Shown piece by piece: positions 32,039 through 43,685 of a stretch of 64,000 nt of DNA. Under the pieces are notes generated by a model. It ran no database searches. It had not been told where the DNA came from and saw only the letters and a program-made list of their open reading frames with translations. The first letter of the stretch is position 1, and every line of letters begins with the position of its first letter. The DNA comes from Amoebidium appalachense (lineage: Eukaryota > Protista > Ichthyosporea). Both the position numbers and the translations under genes were made by a program. The DNA is taken from assembly GCA_963693365.1 (NCBI GenBank), contig CAVNZM010000001.1:13688418-13752417 (forward strand), written 5' to 3'.

Positions 32039-34572
32039 ATGTCCCCCAACGTGCAGCAGCCTCATGGGCACGCTGATGACTTGGACAAGCATTTGGGTTG
32101 GTTACAACGTGTGGGCCATTACCGTGTCAGCTACAAGCACCCACACGAGGTCGCCGGGGAAACGTGGCGTGAGCTCCCTGTCGGTTTGTTTGGGTCTTTG
32201 CAGCAGCGGTTGCACCCGGATGAATACCGTAAGCTCATTAGGGAGGGTCCCGAGGCCTTCCTCAGGCTCAAGTACATGGACCCTGACCATGGGTCTTTGT
32301 GGGGTGGGCATCCGCCGGAGGTGGTTAAGGTGGACCTAGACTACATGGACTACTACTCCCACCTCAAGGACAAGTACGGTAGCTCGTACGTGTGGACCAG
32401 ACCCCGACCACCCCCTCCCCCCGTGCCTGACGTGACCCCACTGGCACCCCCTCCCCTCCCCCCACCCCGTCCGACCACCCAACCAAGTCAGCTGACCCTC
32501 CCATACCCTACCCACCCCCGGGCTGGCACCCTGGACCACCACCACCACGGCCAACGTCTGCCATACGTCCCCCTGCCCGTGTCTCCAAGGGACCGCTGAC
32601 ACCCCACACGGGCGGCTCGACCACGACTCCCCGACCGTCGGGTTTCCTAGGGCAGAAGGGACCCAAACCCACCCGTACACCCCTCCCGTACCCACCCCCC
32701 AACTGGCACCCCGGCCCACTGCCCACGACCCCTGCAGCACCCCACCTGCCTGCCAAGCCCGACGGGCCACCCCTCCCGTACCCACCCCCCAACTGGCACC
32801 CCGGCCCACTGCCCACGACTCTGGCAGCACCCCACCTGCCTGCCAAGCCCGACGGGCCACCCCTCCCGTACCCACCCCCCAACTGGCACCCCGGCCCACT
32901 GCCCACGACCCCTGCAGCACCCCACCTGCCTGCCAAGCCCGACGGGCCACCCCTCCCGTACCCACCCCCCAACTGGCACCCCGGCCCACTGCCCACGACC
33001 CCTGCAGCACCCCACCTGCCTGCCAAGCCCGACGGGCCACCCCTCACGTACCCACCCCCCAACTGGCACCCCGGCCCACTGCCCACGACCCCTGCAGCAC
33101 CCCACCTGCCTGCCAAGCCCGACGGGCCACCCCTCCCGTACCCACCCCCCAACTGGCACCCCGGCCCACTGCCCACGACCCCTGCAGCACCCCACCTGCC
33201 AGCCATGGCACCAACCAGCACGGCAACTTCTGCAACACCGACCGAGACTCAGCTAGCCGAAGCCACCACTGCTGCCGTTGCCACTATTGAGGACGACTCC
33301 TTTTGGGCCCCCCTCTCGGAGGTGGAGAGGTGGCTCATGTTGAACCACCCGAATTGGTGGAGGGTGGCACAGATAGGTGGCCTCGCTCTTGTCAAGTGGA
33401 TCCTCTGGGGTCTCGGGGACAAGGGCAACCAGGCGAGGGCTGCAAGGGCTGCCGGGAGGGAGTTTGGCCGTGTTCTAAGTGCACCACCACCACTGGCATT
33501 CCTAACCGAGACTCCGACGGTTCACCCCTCCCTTGCTGCCACCTACTACCCAACGACTAAAAAGTCGGTCACCATGAAGGGGGGAGGGACGACACCTGCA
33601 CTCTGGAGACCCCCCACGAGCCCGGCTGCACCGTCAACCACTCTGCAAGGGGGACTCGAGGGTCCCACGTCTGCTACCCCACCCGATGAGGGGACCTATG
33701 AGCCCGTACCGGTGACCCGTACCGACAAGGGTTCCTCCGGTATGAACGCGTTGCTGGGGCCACTCAAACGGATGCACGGTGAGAGCCTGGAGGAGTATGA
33801 GAGACGGATGTACGAGCAAAACTCAGTGTTTGACAACCCGGCCTTGACACCCTATATGAAATCGGTGTTGAAACGTGGCGTTGAAGCACTTTCAGCGGGT
33901 GGGGAGAGGCTGGCTAGTGTGGTCGGAGGGGGCAGCCTGCAGGAAGCTGTGTTGGGTGACCAGGGCCTTATCACCGAGGTGAAAAACGTCGGAAAGCACT
34001 TGCTGGAGTACTACGTGCAGCAGCACAAGTCGACTCCACCGGCCTCCTCCACCCCTCTAGCTATAGAGCACGACCCTTCGGGTGGCCGTAGGTCCGGGAG
34101 AAAGCCTCCCCCTGCAGGCCCCTCTGCAAAACCAAGTCCGGCTACGCGTCATGACGGCTACAAGTCGGGGGACCTACCACACCACACACAGCACCCACAC
34201 GTCCGAGCAGCCCTTCCGTTGGTTAGGGCAGCCCTACCGACTGTTGGCCGGGCCCTTGGTTTTCAACCGGACACTGTGAGACTGGCACAGCTTGCACTGG
34301 ACTACACCACTGGTACCACCGAGGAGGATAAGAAGAAGAAGGACACCAAGAAGAAGGGTACGAAGAAGAAGGACGGCAAGAAGAAGGACACCAAGAAGAA
34401 GGAGGACACCAAGAAGAAGGACACAAAGAAGAAGGACACCAAGAAGAAGGACACCAAGAAGAAGGACACCAAGAAGAAGGACACCAAGAAGAAGGACACC
34501 AAGAAGAAGAAGGACGACAAGAAACCAGCGGCAAGAAGAAGGGTAAATAATCTACGCCACAGGCAACAGTGA
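32039..34572 (+). CDS. Large Pro-rich repeat protein with (KKKDT)n tail; probably one gene with a frameshift in the C-tract at ~32445-32465
   Basis: The 90-bp repeats read PLPYPPPNWHPGPLPTTPAAPHLPAKPDGP in frame with ORF 33205-34572; that frame is open back to ~32431. Confidence 0.6.
32679..33200 (+). repeat. Coding tandem repeat, 90-bp unit x ~5.8
   Basis: ccctcccgtacccacccccc at 32681, 32771, 32861, 32951, 33041 (variant) and 33131. Confidence 0.95.
34330..34522 (+). repeat. 15-bp coding repeat aagaagaaggacacc (KKKDT)
   Basis: Directly visible, about 12 units. Confidence 0.92.
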
Positions 34573-34591
34573 CACCACCACCACCACCAAT

Positions 34592-34828
34592 ATGGCACCC
34601 GGCACGGAGCACATGCGCATGTATGCGTTGCCACACACCCTTGCCCCCCTCCCCGTACCCCTCCCCTACCGCACCCGACCGGTCCCCGGGCCTGTACCCC
34701 AAACCCGACCGTTCTACGGGCCGGGAAACACCGTCATTGAGGGCCCAGGGGGGACCATGAGGCCGAGGCCGGCCACGTACACACCCTGGCCTGTGGCTGC
34801 CGACAAGAGCTCCTTCCAGAACTATTAA
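34592..34828 (+). CDS. Small Pro-rich viral protein, 78 aa
   Basis: Compact tandem ORF. Confidence 0.45.
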   Translation: MAPGTEHMRMYALPHTLAPLPVPLPYRTRPVPGPVPQTRPFYGPGNTVIEGPGGTMRPRPATYTPWPVAADKSSFQNY

Positions 34829-34867
34829 ATATTGTGTGTGGTTGTGTAAACACCCTACTTCTGCAAC

Positions 34868-35059
34868 ATGGAGCTCAACATTGGCGGGGCCCCCATACGT
34901 AAGAAGCCGTTCATTTTTCCGGAGCAGAACAACAGCTTAAACGTCATGGACGTCTCGACCATACGTGACTTCCGGGAACGCCCGTTGGCCTACACCGTAC
35001 CGTTGTCCGGCATCAACGCCAACCGTCCCATACGCACGGCACCTGTGGTGTTTAAATAA
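34868..35059 (+). CDS. Small viral protein, 63 aa
   Basis: caacATG context; stop codon within AAATAAA. Confidence 0.5.
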   Translation: MELNIGGAPIRKKPFIFPEQNNSLNVMDVSTIRDFRERPLAYTVPLSGINANRPIRTAPVVFK

Positions 35060-35176
35060 ACTTGAGTGGGTCGACGGTAGTGTGGGCACGTGCTGGCACA
35101 CCCCCTACCACCACCTGCTACCCCTAACATATTGTGCACATGTCTTGTATTTAGGTCACGGTACAGTAGCACCAGG

Positions 35177-36071
35177 CTACAGGTAAAACATGTTGTATTC
35201 CACAAGCATGTGGTAGTTTTTAAGGTCCCTCTCCAGCTGCACCCACACCTTGTCACTCTTGACTCTAGTCACCTTGCTTTTGACGGCCGGCACCAGCCTA
35301 GCCACCACCTCAGCATCCATACCACCCACTAATTCCACCATTTTCACCAGCAGGAACGGGTACCCCACAAAGTTCTTCCTTGTGTCCTCCTTGTGCCTCC
35401 TATGCCACGACAAGGAGAACTTAAACATGCCCATCAACAGCTCGAGCTGTTCACACGTGAACCTAGGGAGGGGGTGACCGTACAGCCTGTTTAATATATA
35501 AGGTACACGCATGTAGTGTTTTGTAAGCTTGTTCTGTCTCAACACCCTCCTTGCCTGGTCTGCATTCTCTATGTGTGCCACACCCCTGAATGCTGCCACC
35601 ACCCCCTCCTGCATGTCCCCCATGGAAGCATTCAACCCCTGCACCGACTGAAGTAGCTGCTTGAAGTGGTTGATGTGTCTGTATGGCTGTGACCTCTTCC
35701 TGTCCCAGAAGGCCGTGCACCCCTCATAGGTCTTCCTCCCCTCACCGTCACTCCCCTCCCACCCCCTCCCGTCGTACACCCAGTCCTCCTCCCCCTCCCC
35801 CTCCCTCCCCCTCCTCCCCCCCCCCTTTCCCTCCCCCCTCCTCGTACACGTACTCCTGGACTCCACCGTCGTGCCCGTAGTCGTCGTGTCCCCCCGTGCA
35901 CGTCTCCCTGTTGCAGTATGCCCACCAACATGCATTCGGTGGTTGTAGTGGGGGTGGGGGTGGGGGTGTGGTCAGGCTACAGTACATGTCGAAGAGGAAG
36001 GGGCATAAGTCTAGCAGCTTCTCGGGGTCTGTGGTGTCTGCCACCATACTTAGCAGTGTGTCTTCATCCAT
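35177..36071 (-). CDS. Poxvirus A2/VLTF3-like late transcription factor (frameshift in the G-tract at ~35790-35840)
   Basis: YRHINHFKQLLQSVQG, LRQNKLTKHYMRVPYI, RKNFVGYPFLLVKMVEL and VKSKVTRVKSDKVW match VLTF3 motifs; TATAAAAG upstream (~36148-36155, minus strand). Confidence 0.82.
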
Positions 36072-36584
36072 TTTTAATTTTGATTTTTTCGTGTGTTGCC
36101 TGTTTTTGTGTTGGAAAAAGTGAGGTATCTTTGCACATGTGTGTGCCTTTTATATGTGCTGGTGCCTGCTCTTTTTGGCAAGTCTCCCCCCCTTGTATGC
36201 ATGTATGGTGCTGTTGTTGGTGTTCATGCTTCTGCCCAAGGCCACATTGGAAGGGTTTGTGTTTGCATTAAACTCTGATTTTATTTGCTGCTTCCCCTCA
36301 TGCATACGGTGCACGTGGTGTATGCCCAAAAACACCGTCTTTTTCTTTAAGTTTTTCTTCTGACCCCCTTTCCCATGCACACTGCACCCCATTTTCCTTT
36401 TTTCTGAAGCTAAGTTAACAGACACCCCATATAATTTTCATGTCTACCCTAACGTATTCCCTGCATACTTTGATACTTTGATTTAACTTTGATATAAAAA
36501 TTGCATACTTTAACTTAAAATGCTAACTAACCCTTCCCCTTCCCACCCCCTCCCTCCCCCTCCCTCCCCCTCCCCCTCCCCCAC

Positions 36585-39500
36585 TCAAAACTGCAGAGTC
36601 CCCTCCGGTGCTGCCCACCCAATGGGGTAGCTGCGTACACTGCCGTCGGCTGCCTCAAACACCCCCCTCTTGTCGAAGGCCCCCGACTGTGTCTTCCTCT
36701 GGTCCTTGCTGGCCAGGTGGTAGTTGTGGGGCACCCCGGGCACGGGCTCACGCAGCAGCCGGTGGTTGGTGACACTCACACTCGGCATCTCCCCGTGCAC
36801 CAGCATACGGAGGCTGGGGAGGTTCACCATGTCGGCTGCACGACGGGAGAGGGTGATGCCCTTGACCTTGACGTCGGTCTTGCCGTCCTGGGTGCGGTAG
36901 GCATAGGTCTTGGGGGCCACACCAACAAACTCGACGATGGGGGTGGTGGTCTCGTTCTTCCAGTTGCCCAGCAAGTCCCCGTTGGTGGAGTCGATGTTGT
37001 GGCTGAGGTGGGGCACCCTGCTGTCGTAGTGGTAGACGATGGAGTCCGTGTCCATGTACACCACCTGCTGGGGGGAGAGGGACCGGAGGGCACCATAGAG
37101 GTGCAGCCGTGCATGGGCCGTCACGAACGTGCCGATGGCGATGTTCGCGTAGGAGGGGGGTGGGGCCGTCTGTCTCCTTCTTGGGCCTGTACTTGATGGC
37201 CACCCTCTGCTCGCCGATGGGCTCGACGTCAAGCACCAAGATGTTGGGGTTGGTCACCAGCAGACTCAGCCGATCGACATCGTCGACAAACTCGATGGTG
37301 TCGAGCCCTGCCCTCTGCACCAGCTTGCCCCAGAGGCTGTTCAAAAACAGCTTGCTGATGGTACGAAGGGCAGGGTTGGGGCTGAACTCGTCGGCCGTCA
37401 CCGTGATGCCGTAGTGCTCCTTGAACAGGTGCACGAGGGCGGGTATGTCGGCAGGATCCACGGTGGTGCTGGTGAGCTTCACCTTCAGGAAGGTCTGCAC
37501 GTACTTCCGAAAAAGGTTCTTGGTGCGTTTCTTGAAATGCACCACATCGTACACATCGAGGATGGTGTACCCATCACGCACGGCCACCTTCAGCTCCTCC
37601 GTCGTCCACGTGCCGACCAGTGCCCTCTCCTCGTCCGTGTGTGTGCATTGCACATGCTCACGCACCCGGGGGTTGCCCTCCTCGTCCATGCAGGTGGCCA
37701 GGGCCTCCTCCTTGCTGCTGCAGGCCCTGCACAGCACAAAGCCCAGCTTGTCGTACCCCTGGGCACCCGTCATACGCACAGGCAGCACGGGGATGAACAG
37801 GTCCTTGGGGGGGAGCACCCTCACACGTGCAACACCAAAGTACCCCTTGGTCCTGGCCTTGGGGGAGCCGGGGGTCATACGGCACGTCTTGTCGAGCCTC
37901 TCCTTGAGCACCTGGGGGTCCGTGACGATGACCGAGGGGTGGTCCTCCGGCTTGATGGGCAGTGACGTGAACCACTGTGACTTGCCCACCGGCATGTACT
38001 TGTCAATCATCACATACGGGTAGAGGGACGTGACGTCGACGTACTTGAGCCCTGCCTGTGGCCAGTCCTCCTCCTTGACCTCGATGTGACGAGTGATGAC
38101 CTCCGTACGGCCACCAAAGAAGGCATCACGGAACTGCACCGGGCCCGTGGGCACGGGGGCCACCCTGCCGGTGCCCTCCCTCCGTGCTGCCTGTGCTGCA
38201 AGTGCTGCCTTCACCTCCGGGCTCTGCCGAAGCCTGTCCCACCTGCACTCCCACATGCTCTGCACCTTGTGCCCCTGGGCACGGATGTACCTCTCGTGGC
38301 CCATGGTGCTGTCGTAGGCCTCCTTGGCCGACCTCTTCACCACCCTCATCGTCAGATCCTCGTGCATATTGCATTCGGGGCACCCGTGGAACACACACCC
38401 GTGGAAGAAGTAGTAGGTGCACGTGCCGTCGTCGTGGGTGGCCTTGGCATCGGCCGTGGCCCGCCCGTGGGGGCCGTACCCGGTGGCCTCGTGCCGTGCA
38501 ATGTCGTCGGGCCCCACCCCCAGCCCGTGGGTGACGTAGTCGATGTACTCCTGCTCCTTCTTGCTGCTGTTGACGTTGCCCATGGTCTGGTCTCGAAGCA
38601 CAGCCACGTCCTTGGGCATGGCCTGTGAGATCCAGAAGTGCATGGCCAGTGCTGCAAGGGTCACACACGTGAAGGGGTCGATGCCCGTCAGCACGATGAG
38701 TTTCGACATGAAGGCCTTGACCACCTGCTGCAGCAGCACCACGTCCTTGACACAGTAGTCCTCACACTGCTGCACAATGTCGTAGCACGTGCCCGCCGGT
38801 GCCTGCCCCTGCAGACGTGCCTGCTCCTCCCGCCACCACTGCATGAAGGCAGCATGCTGCTTGGGCTTCATGTCCTGGGCACCAAAGTCCTCGGGCCCGG
38901 GGAAGGGGATGTGACCGGCCTTGAAGTTGGCAAAGGTCGCTGCACAGTGGGGGAAGTGGCCCTTGGTCTCCTCACACCCCATGGCCTTGCCCGCATCTGA
39001 CAGGGACATGGTGAGGAAGTTGAGGGTGTCCACGAACGTCAGCTCCACCACCGTGGTACGGCTACCGCCCCCCCTCTCCCCCCCGTGCCGTCTCTTGTGG
39101 CCGGTGCCTGCTGCTGCTGCTGCTGCTGCCTGCTGCTGCACATCACCATGGCCATCACCATCCACCGGCATGGGTATGGGCTCGGGGTCTGCTGCACCGG
39201 CACCCTTGAGGTAGTGACGTATACGGCAGGACTTGATCTTGCTGTTGGTCATGATGGGCACGTACACATAGTCCTGGCTGCCCACCACCCTCTTGGTCAC
39301 AAAGTGGAAGTCGAAGCCACTGCCGTTGTGGCAAAACACCCGGCCACCGGCGTGGGCAGGGGTGTCAAACAGCCACTTGACCACCTTGTCAATCACGTGG
39401 TGGTTGTCGTCCATCAACACGTCCCAGGCGTCCTTGCCGTCGGCCGAGGGCTCCGGCCAGAAGATGATGGGGCCAGTCGGTTGGCCATCTGACGGCTCGA

Positions 39501-42090
39501 CGTACATGGCCACAGCAAGGTACACAATGTGGATGAAGTGGGGGTTGTCGGGTGTGTGGTCGGGGGCTGGCACCGGCATGGTCTCAAAGTCCAGCACAAT
39601 GTCCCTGATGGGCTGCCTGGTCTGCTTCCACACACCCCCGGGTCCGCTGCCGTCATTGTCGGGCACGTGCCGTTTGCACACGTGTGCACCCACCCTGCTG
39701 CCGGCAGCATCCACCCTGACCCTCTGCCGTGCAGGTGACTCTCCCCCCTCCTCCCCCTCCCCCTGCTCGTTGGAGAAGCATGCCACCCTGTCACACACCG
39801 CACCGTCTGCATCCGTGTGTGTGCACATATACACACGCCGTTGGCCACTGAGCTTGCTACGTATGAGGCACGTGTGGTTGCCGGGCATATAGCCCCCACA
39901 GCCCTTGCAGGCGTAGTCGGTGCACAGGTGTTGTGTCCACGTGTCGTCCTTCTTGGCCCCGTGCTCACCCCCCTCACCCCCCTCCCCCTCCCCCTCAGAC
40001 ATCTGCATGAGGTCGACGGCATCATCCTCGTCATCACTCTCACCCTCGTCGTCTGACGACTCGACAAGGCAGGGTGGGGGGTCTGTGTCTGTGTCGGAGT
40101 CCTCCCCCTCCGTGTCCGTGGCATAGTCCCAGTCCTCCCCCTCGTCGTTGGAGCCTGCATCTGCCCCTGCATCGTACCCCCCTTGCTCCTGGGCAGTGTG
40201 CAGCCGGCGTAGACGGCGCACGCTGGCATACTTGAACTTGTAGAAGAACCGGCCGGCAGGATTGCCCGACACACACACCCTGAGGGCATCATCTCCACTG
40301 CCAATCATCCTGTACCCCTGCAGGCCGTGGGTGCACGTGGCCAGCCGGCACCAGAACACGGTGTCACAGAAGGATTGTTGCCGGCCGTCGGCCCTGGCCC
40401 CGGCCCCCTTGAGCTTGGTGCTGTGGTTGGCCATGCACCTGGCCGAAGGGAAGAGGCCACAGCAGTCGTCACAACGGTAAGGCCATGCATCCTCCCCCAC
40501 CCGTGCTAGCTCCACACGGCGCCCGGGGGTCCACACACAGGCATCTGCCTGGTCGATGTGGTTCCCCTTTGATCCACAGTTCCCACACCGGTTCACACAA
40601 CGGTGCACCCCCATGTTCTTGGATTGCACGGTCTGGTTGCAGTGGAAGCAGGTGCTGAGGCTCCGACGTACGGCCCCCGTGTGGTTGCCGTTGCGCAGGC
40701 GCTCGATGGTGTTGCTGACATTGGAGGGGATGGCCGTGAAGTGGCCCAGCTTCTGGGAGTGGCCAAGGTACATGGTGCACAGCTTGCCGGGGGGAAGGGC
40801 CGAGCTCACGTCCCCGTACCTTCTTGCCACCCTACCCTTGCTGTCCAGGTCCACCACCACCAGCCGTAGACGGGTGACTGACTGGGTCTCACTGGCAATC
40901 TGCATGTTGAGGGCATCCACGGCTGCACCCAACTGATCCACCGTCAGCCCGTCCTCTGCAGGCACAGGCAGCTTGTACTTGGCCCACAGCCGGCGGGTGG
41001 CCCTTGCCAGCCTGCGCAGGTAACGGTCCTGGAAGTTGCTCCTTGGGTTGATGGGTGGCTGCAGCAGGTTGCACACCCCACAGCCGGAAGACACAGACCT
41101 ACCCAGAGCCTTGTTGCCAATACCAATCACATCCATAGGGTCCAGTAGGTGGCACAGCACGTGGTGGTCCTTGAGCTTCATGAGGTCACCCCCATTGCCC
41201 AGGTTCTTACGAGTGTGCTCGGAGGGCAGGCTGCCGTTCTCGTTGCTGTTGGCTGCCTTGCTGACCCACACTGCCATACAGTACACCAGGCACAGCTGGG
41301 CACAGGAGGGGCCGTCGGCAATCTCAAGCAGCTGATGGTGGTCAAGCTCCTTCTCCCCTGTCACCTGCGGGTCGTTGCTGCTGCAGGCTGCCTTCACCAG
41401 GGTGGTCACATCCACCACGGCCTTGGCCTCCACCAGCTCCCGCAGCCACTGGGCTGTCACCCCTGTGAGGGTGGACAGGGACCCGCAGGCACCCTTCCTC
41501 ACCATGTCCTTGGGCCGGACCACGGTCAGATGCACACTGGATCGCCCGTCCATAAAGGTCTCGGCTGCACTCTGGGTGCGTTGGCGTATGTTCTCCATCA
41601 GCTTGAGCACCACGGCATTCACATCACCGTTGAACACGTCCATGGGGCCTGCCGTAAACACACGACGGTTGGTGACATCGGCGTTGGGGTTGCCGTCATC
41701 CCCCACCTGGTTGTCCACACCATTGGCCTGCACGTGCAAGCTGATGATGCGTACGATGATCATGTCCCCCACCTGCACATCTGCACGGGCAATGGCATCA
41801 AACAGCATAGCTGCAAAGAACTGGGGGAACTCGGTGACGTCCATGGTGCGCAGGGGTTGGTACTCGAGGGTGTGGCCGCGTACGCCCAACCCCCTTGCCT
41901 GCATGTCATCCACCCGTGAACGCAGCTGCCAGTTGCCCTCGGCAGACATGGCAATGATCTGGGGGTCATCTGGGTGGTTGATGGGGGCGGGGGCAGGGGG
42001 GAGGCCGGGGAGGGGGTGGGGGTGGGGGTGGTGGGCCCTGCAGGGCCTGCAGAAACGGGTTGGCTTGCAGGGCCTGCTGCGGGTCGGCAT
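36585..42090 (-). CDS. Protein-primed family B DNA polymerase polyprotein (terminal protein - vOTU protease - Zn fingers - exonuclease - VSR-like insert - polymerase); one frameshift at G6 37155-37160
   Basis: Exo motifs LDFET, HNGSGFDFHF, YCVKDV; polymerase motifs FGGRTE, DVTSLYP, KLFLNSLWGK, then YMDTDS, PKTYAY and KVKGI in the shifted frame. Confidence 0.95.
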
Positions 42091-42352
42091 CCAGTGCCCG
42101 CAGCAGGTCCTCTATGAAACCTTCCTGGCTGTCGTCTAACATCCTGAACAGTAATCTTAGATCTTAGCCACAATGTAATTGCCAGGCAGCGCCGGCAGCA
42201 AAAACATCAATAAACAGAACGCAAAATAATGATCCTGTGCGTGCGTAAGTGCGCCACCATTGTTTACACAAGGCGGCCAATAGGAAACCCAGGTTGACCG
42301 ATCCGGGGGCTCATTGGCCGCCTTGGAAATGGAATGTGCTATCTTAATGTTC

Positions 42353-42812
42353 ATTGGCCGCCTTGTGCGGCAACTGGCTTTTTGGAACTGAATTATCATT
42401 GGCCGCCTTGTGCATCCGCATTACTATTGGCCGCCTTGTACAAGGAATTCGGAATTCGAATTCTCATTGGCCGCCTTGTGCACACCGTCGCATTCCTTTG
42501 ATCTCAGAACTGTGTACGTGTCGCATGTGCGCGTGCGTGCACGCGCACACATGACACGTTTTCCCTTTAATATTTTAATTAAATCCACGTGCTCTGCACG
42601 TGTTTATGCACACACACACAGTGTGTGCACGTGCTCCTGTACATATCCATACCCATATCCATATCCTAATCACAATATACACCCATATCATACTGCATAT
42701 CGCCATATCCCATATGCATATCTGCCATATCCTAAGGGGTGCGCCACCCTGTGTTAGTGACGTCACACTTTGTGACGTCACTAACGTGGGGTGCCGCGCC
42801 CCTTAATGTAGT
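42353..42812 (-). repeat. Right terminal inverted repeat (460 bp)
   Basis: Reverse complement of 16748-17206. Confidence 0.96.
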
Positions 42813-43672
42813 ATGGGGATGGCCCCCTTGATGATGGACCTGTACCACTGTGTAGCTCCCGGGTGTAGTAGGTCTGGGGGGTGGGGCAGTTCGGGGAACG
42901 CCCGGAACACCCCCGGCCGTACCATGGTGTCCTCCACCGTGTAGAGTTGACGGGGGTGTGTGTGGGGGCCGATGTGGGCCGCAAAGGTGTGGTCCGGGAA
43001 AACGGTGTTGATAGGGGTGCTGGTTGTTGTTGCTGCTTCCCCTCCTTCTCCTTGGGGGGAGGGGGGGGGGTGGGGTGGGGGTGCTTGTGTTTTTTGGGGG
43101 AGGGGTTTCCCCAATACTCAGGTGCCGCTCGTGAAGGATCCCCGTGATATGGGCCCAATAGTTGTGGAGCTGCTTTCCCCCTAGCCTGTAAAGTTTGGCT
43201 GGGGGTGCTTGCAGGGGTGGGTAGGGTAGGCCTGTCGCGTGTTGCTGCTGCCAGGCTCGGTACCGGACCACGTCCCCTGCTGGTCCTGGTGTTTCCAGCA
43301 GGGCACACAGCTCCGTAACCATGGTGCTGGCTGCTGATTCGACGATGCTGGCCAGTCCCCCTAGAGTGGGATGGTGTAGCAGCCCGGACGGGGTGCTCCG
43401 GTGGAAACCACACTTCCGACGGAGTAGGTCTCTCCACTTGCTGTCGATTGCCTGCATGGTGGTGTTGCTGATGACTGACCCTTTGAGGAGGAAGAGGATG
43501 GCCGGGGCCACCACACTGTTGGCTACGTAGATCACTTGGCTGGGTGCCAGCATTTTACGGGCTAGTATGGTGGTGGCCCGTAATGTCAGCTGCATGGCCT
43601 TCCCATCGTTGGGCCGGGTGTGTCGTTGGAGGGTGATGTTGACCCCTAGCACTCTGATGTTTGCATCGGGGC
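42813..43672 (-). pseudogene. LINE ORF2 5' remnant (RT thumb/wrist region)
   Basis: IRVLGV, NSVVAPAILF and LHHPTLGGL are typical post-YADD LINE motifs; truncated at the TSD. Confidence 0.8.
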
Positions 43673-43685
43673 AATTAACATTCGA

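Larger units (their letters stand above)
16748..42812. mobile_element. Integrated Polinton-like virus / Maverick-type endogenous DNA virus, 26,065 bp
   Basis: TIRs with termini 5'-ACTACATT..AATGTAGT-3'; ATGGG duplicated at 16743-16747 and 42813-42817; pPolB, ATPase, MCP, penton and integrase genes. Confidence 0.96.
13983..43672 (-). mobile_element. 5'-truncated RNase H-containing LINE, split by the viral insertion into 13983-16747 and 42813-43672
   Basis: Poly(A) tail (poly-T at 13983-14005); 13-bp TSD AATTAACATTCGA at 13970-13982 and 43673-43685; RT C-terminal and RNase H coding sequence. Confidence 0.9.

Noticed and set aside
32679-33200. 90-bp (and 126-bp) tandem arrays as CRISPR-like arrays
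   Set aside because: No unique spacers; unit lengths are multiples of three and lie in open frames; eukaryotic context
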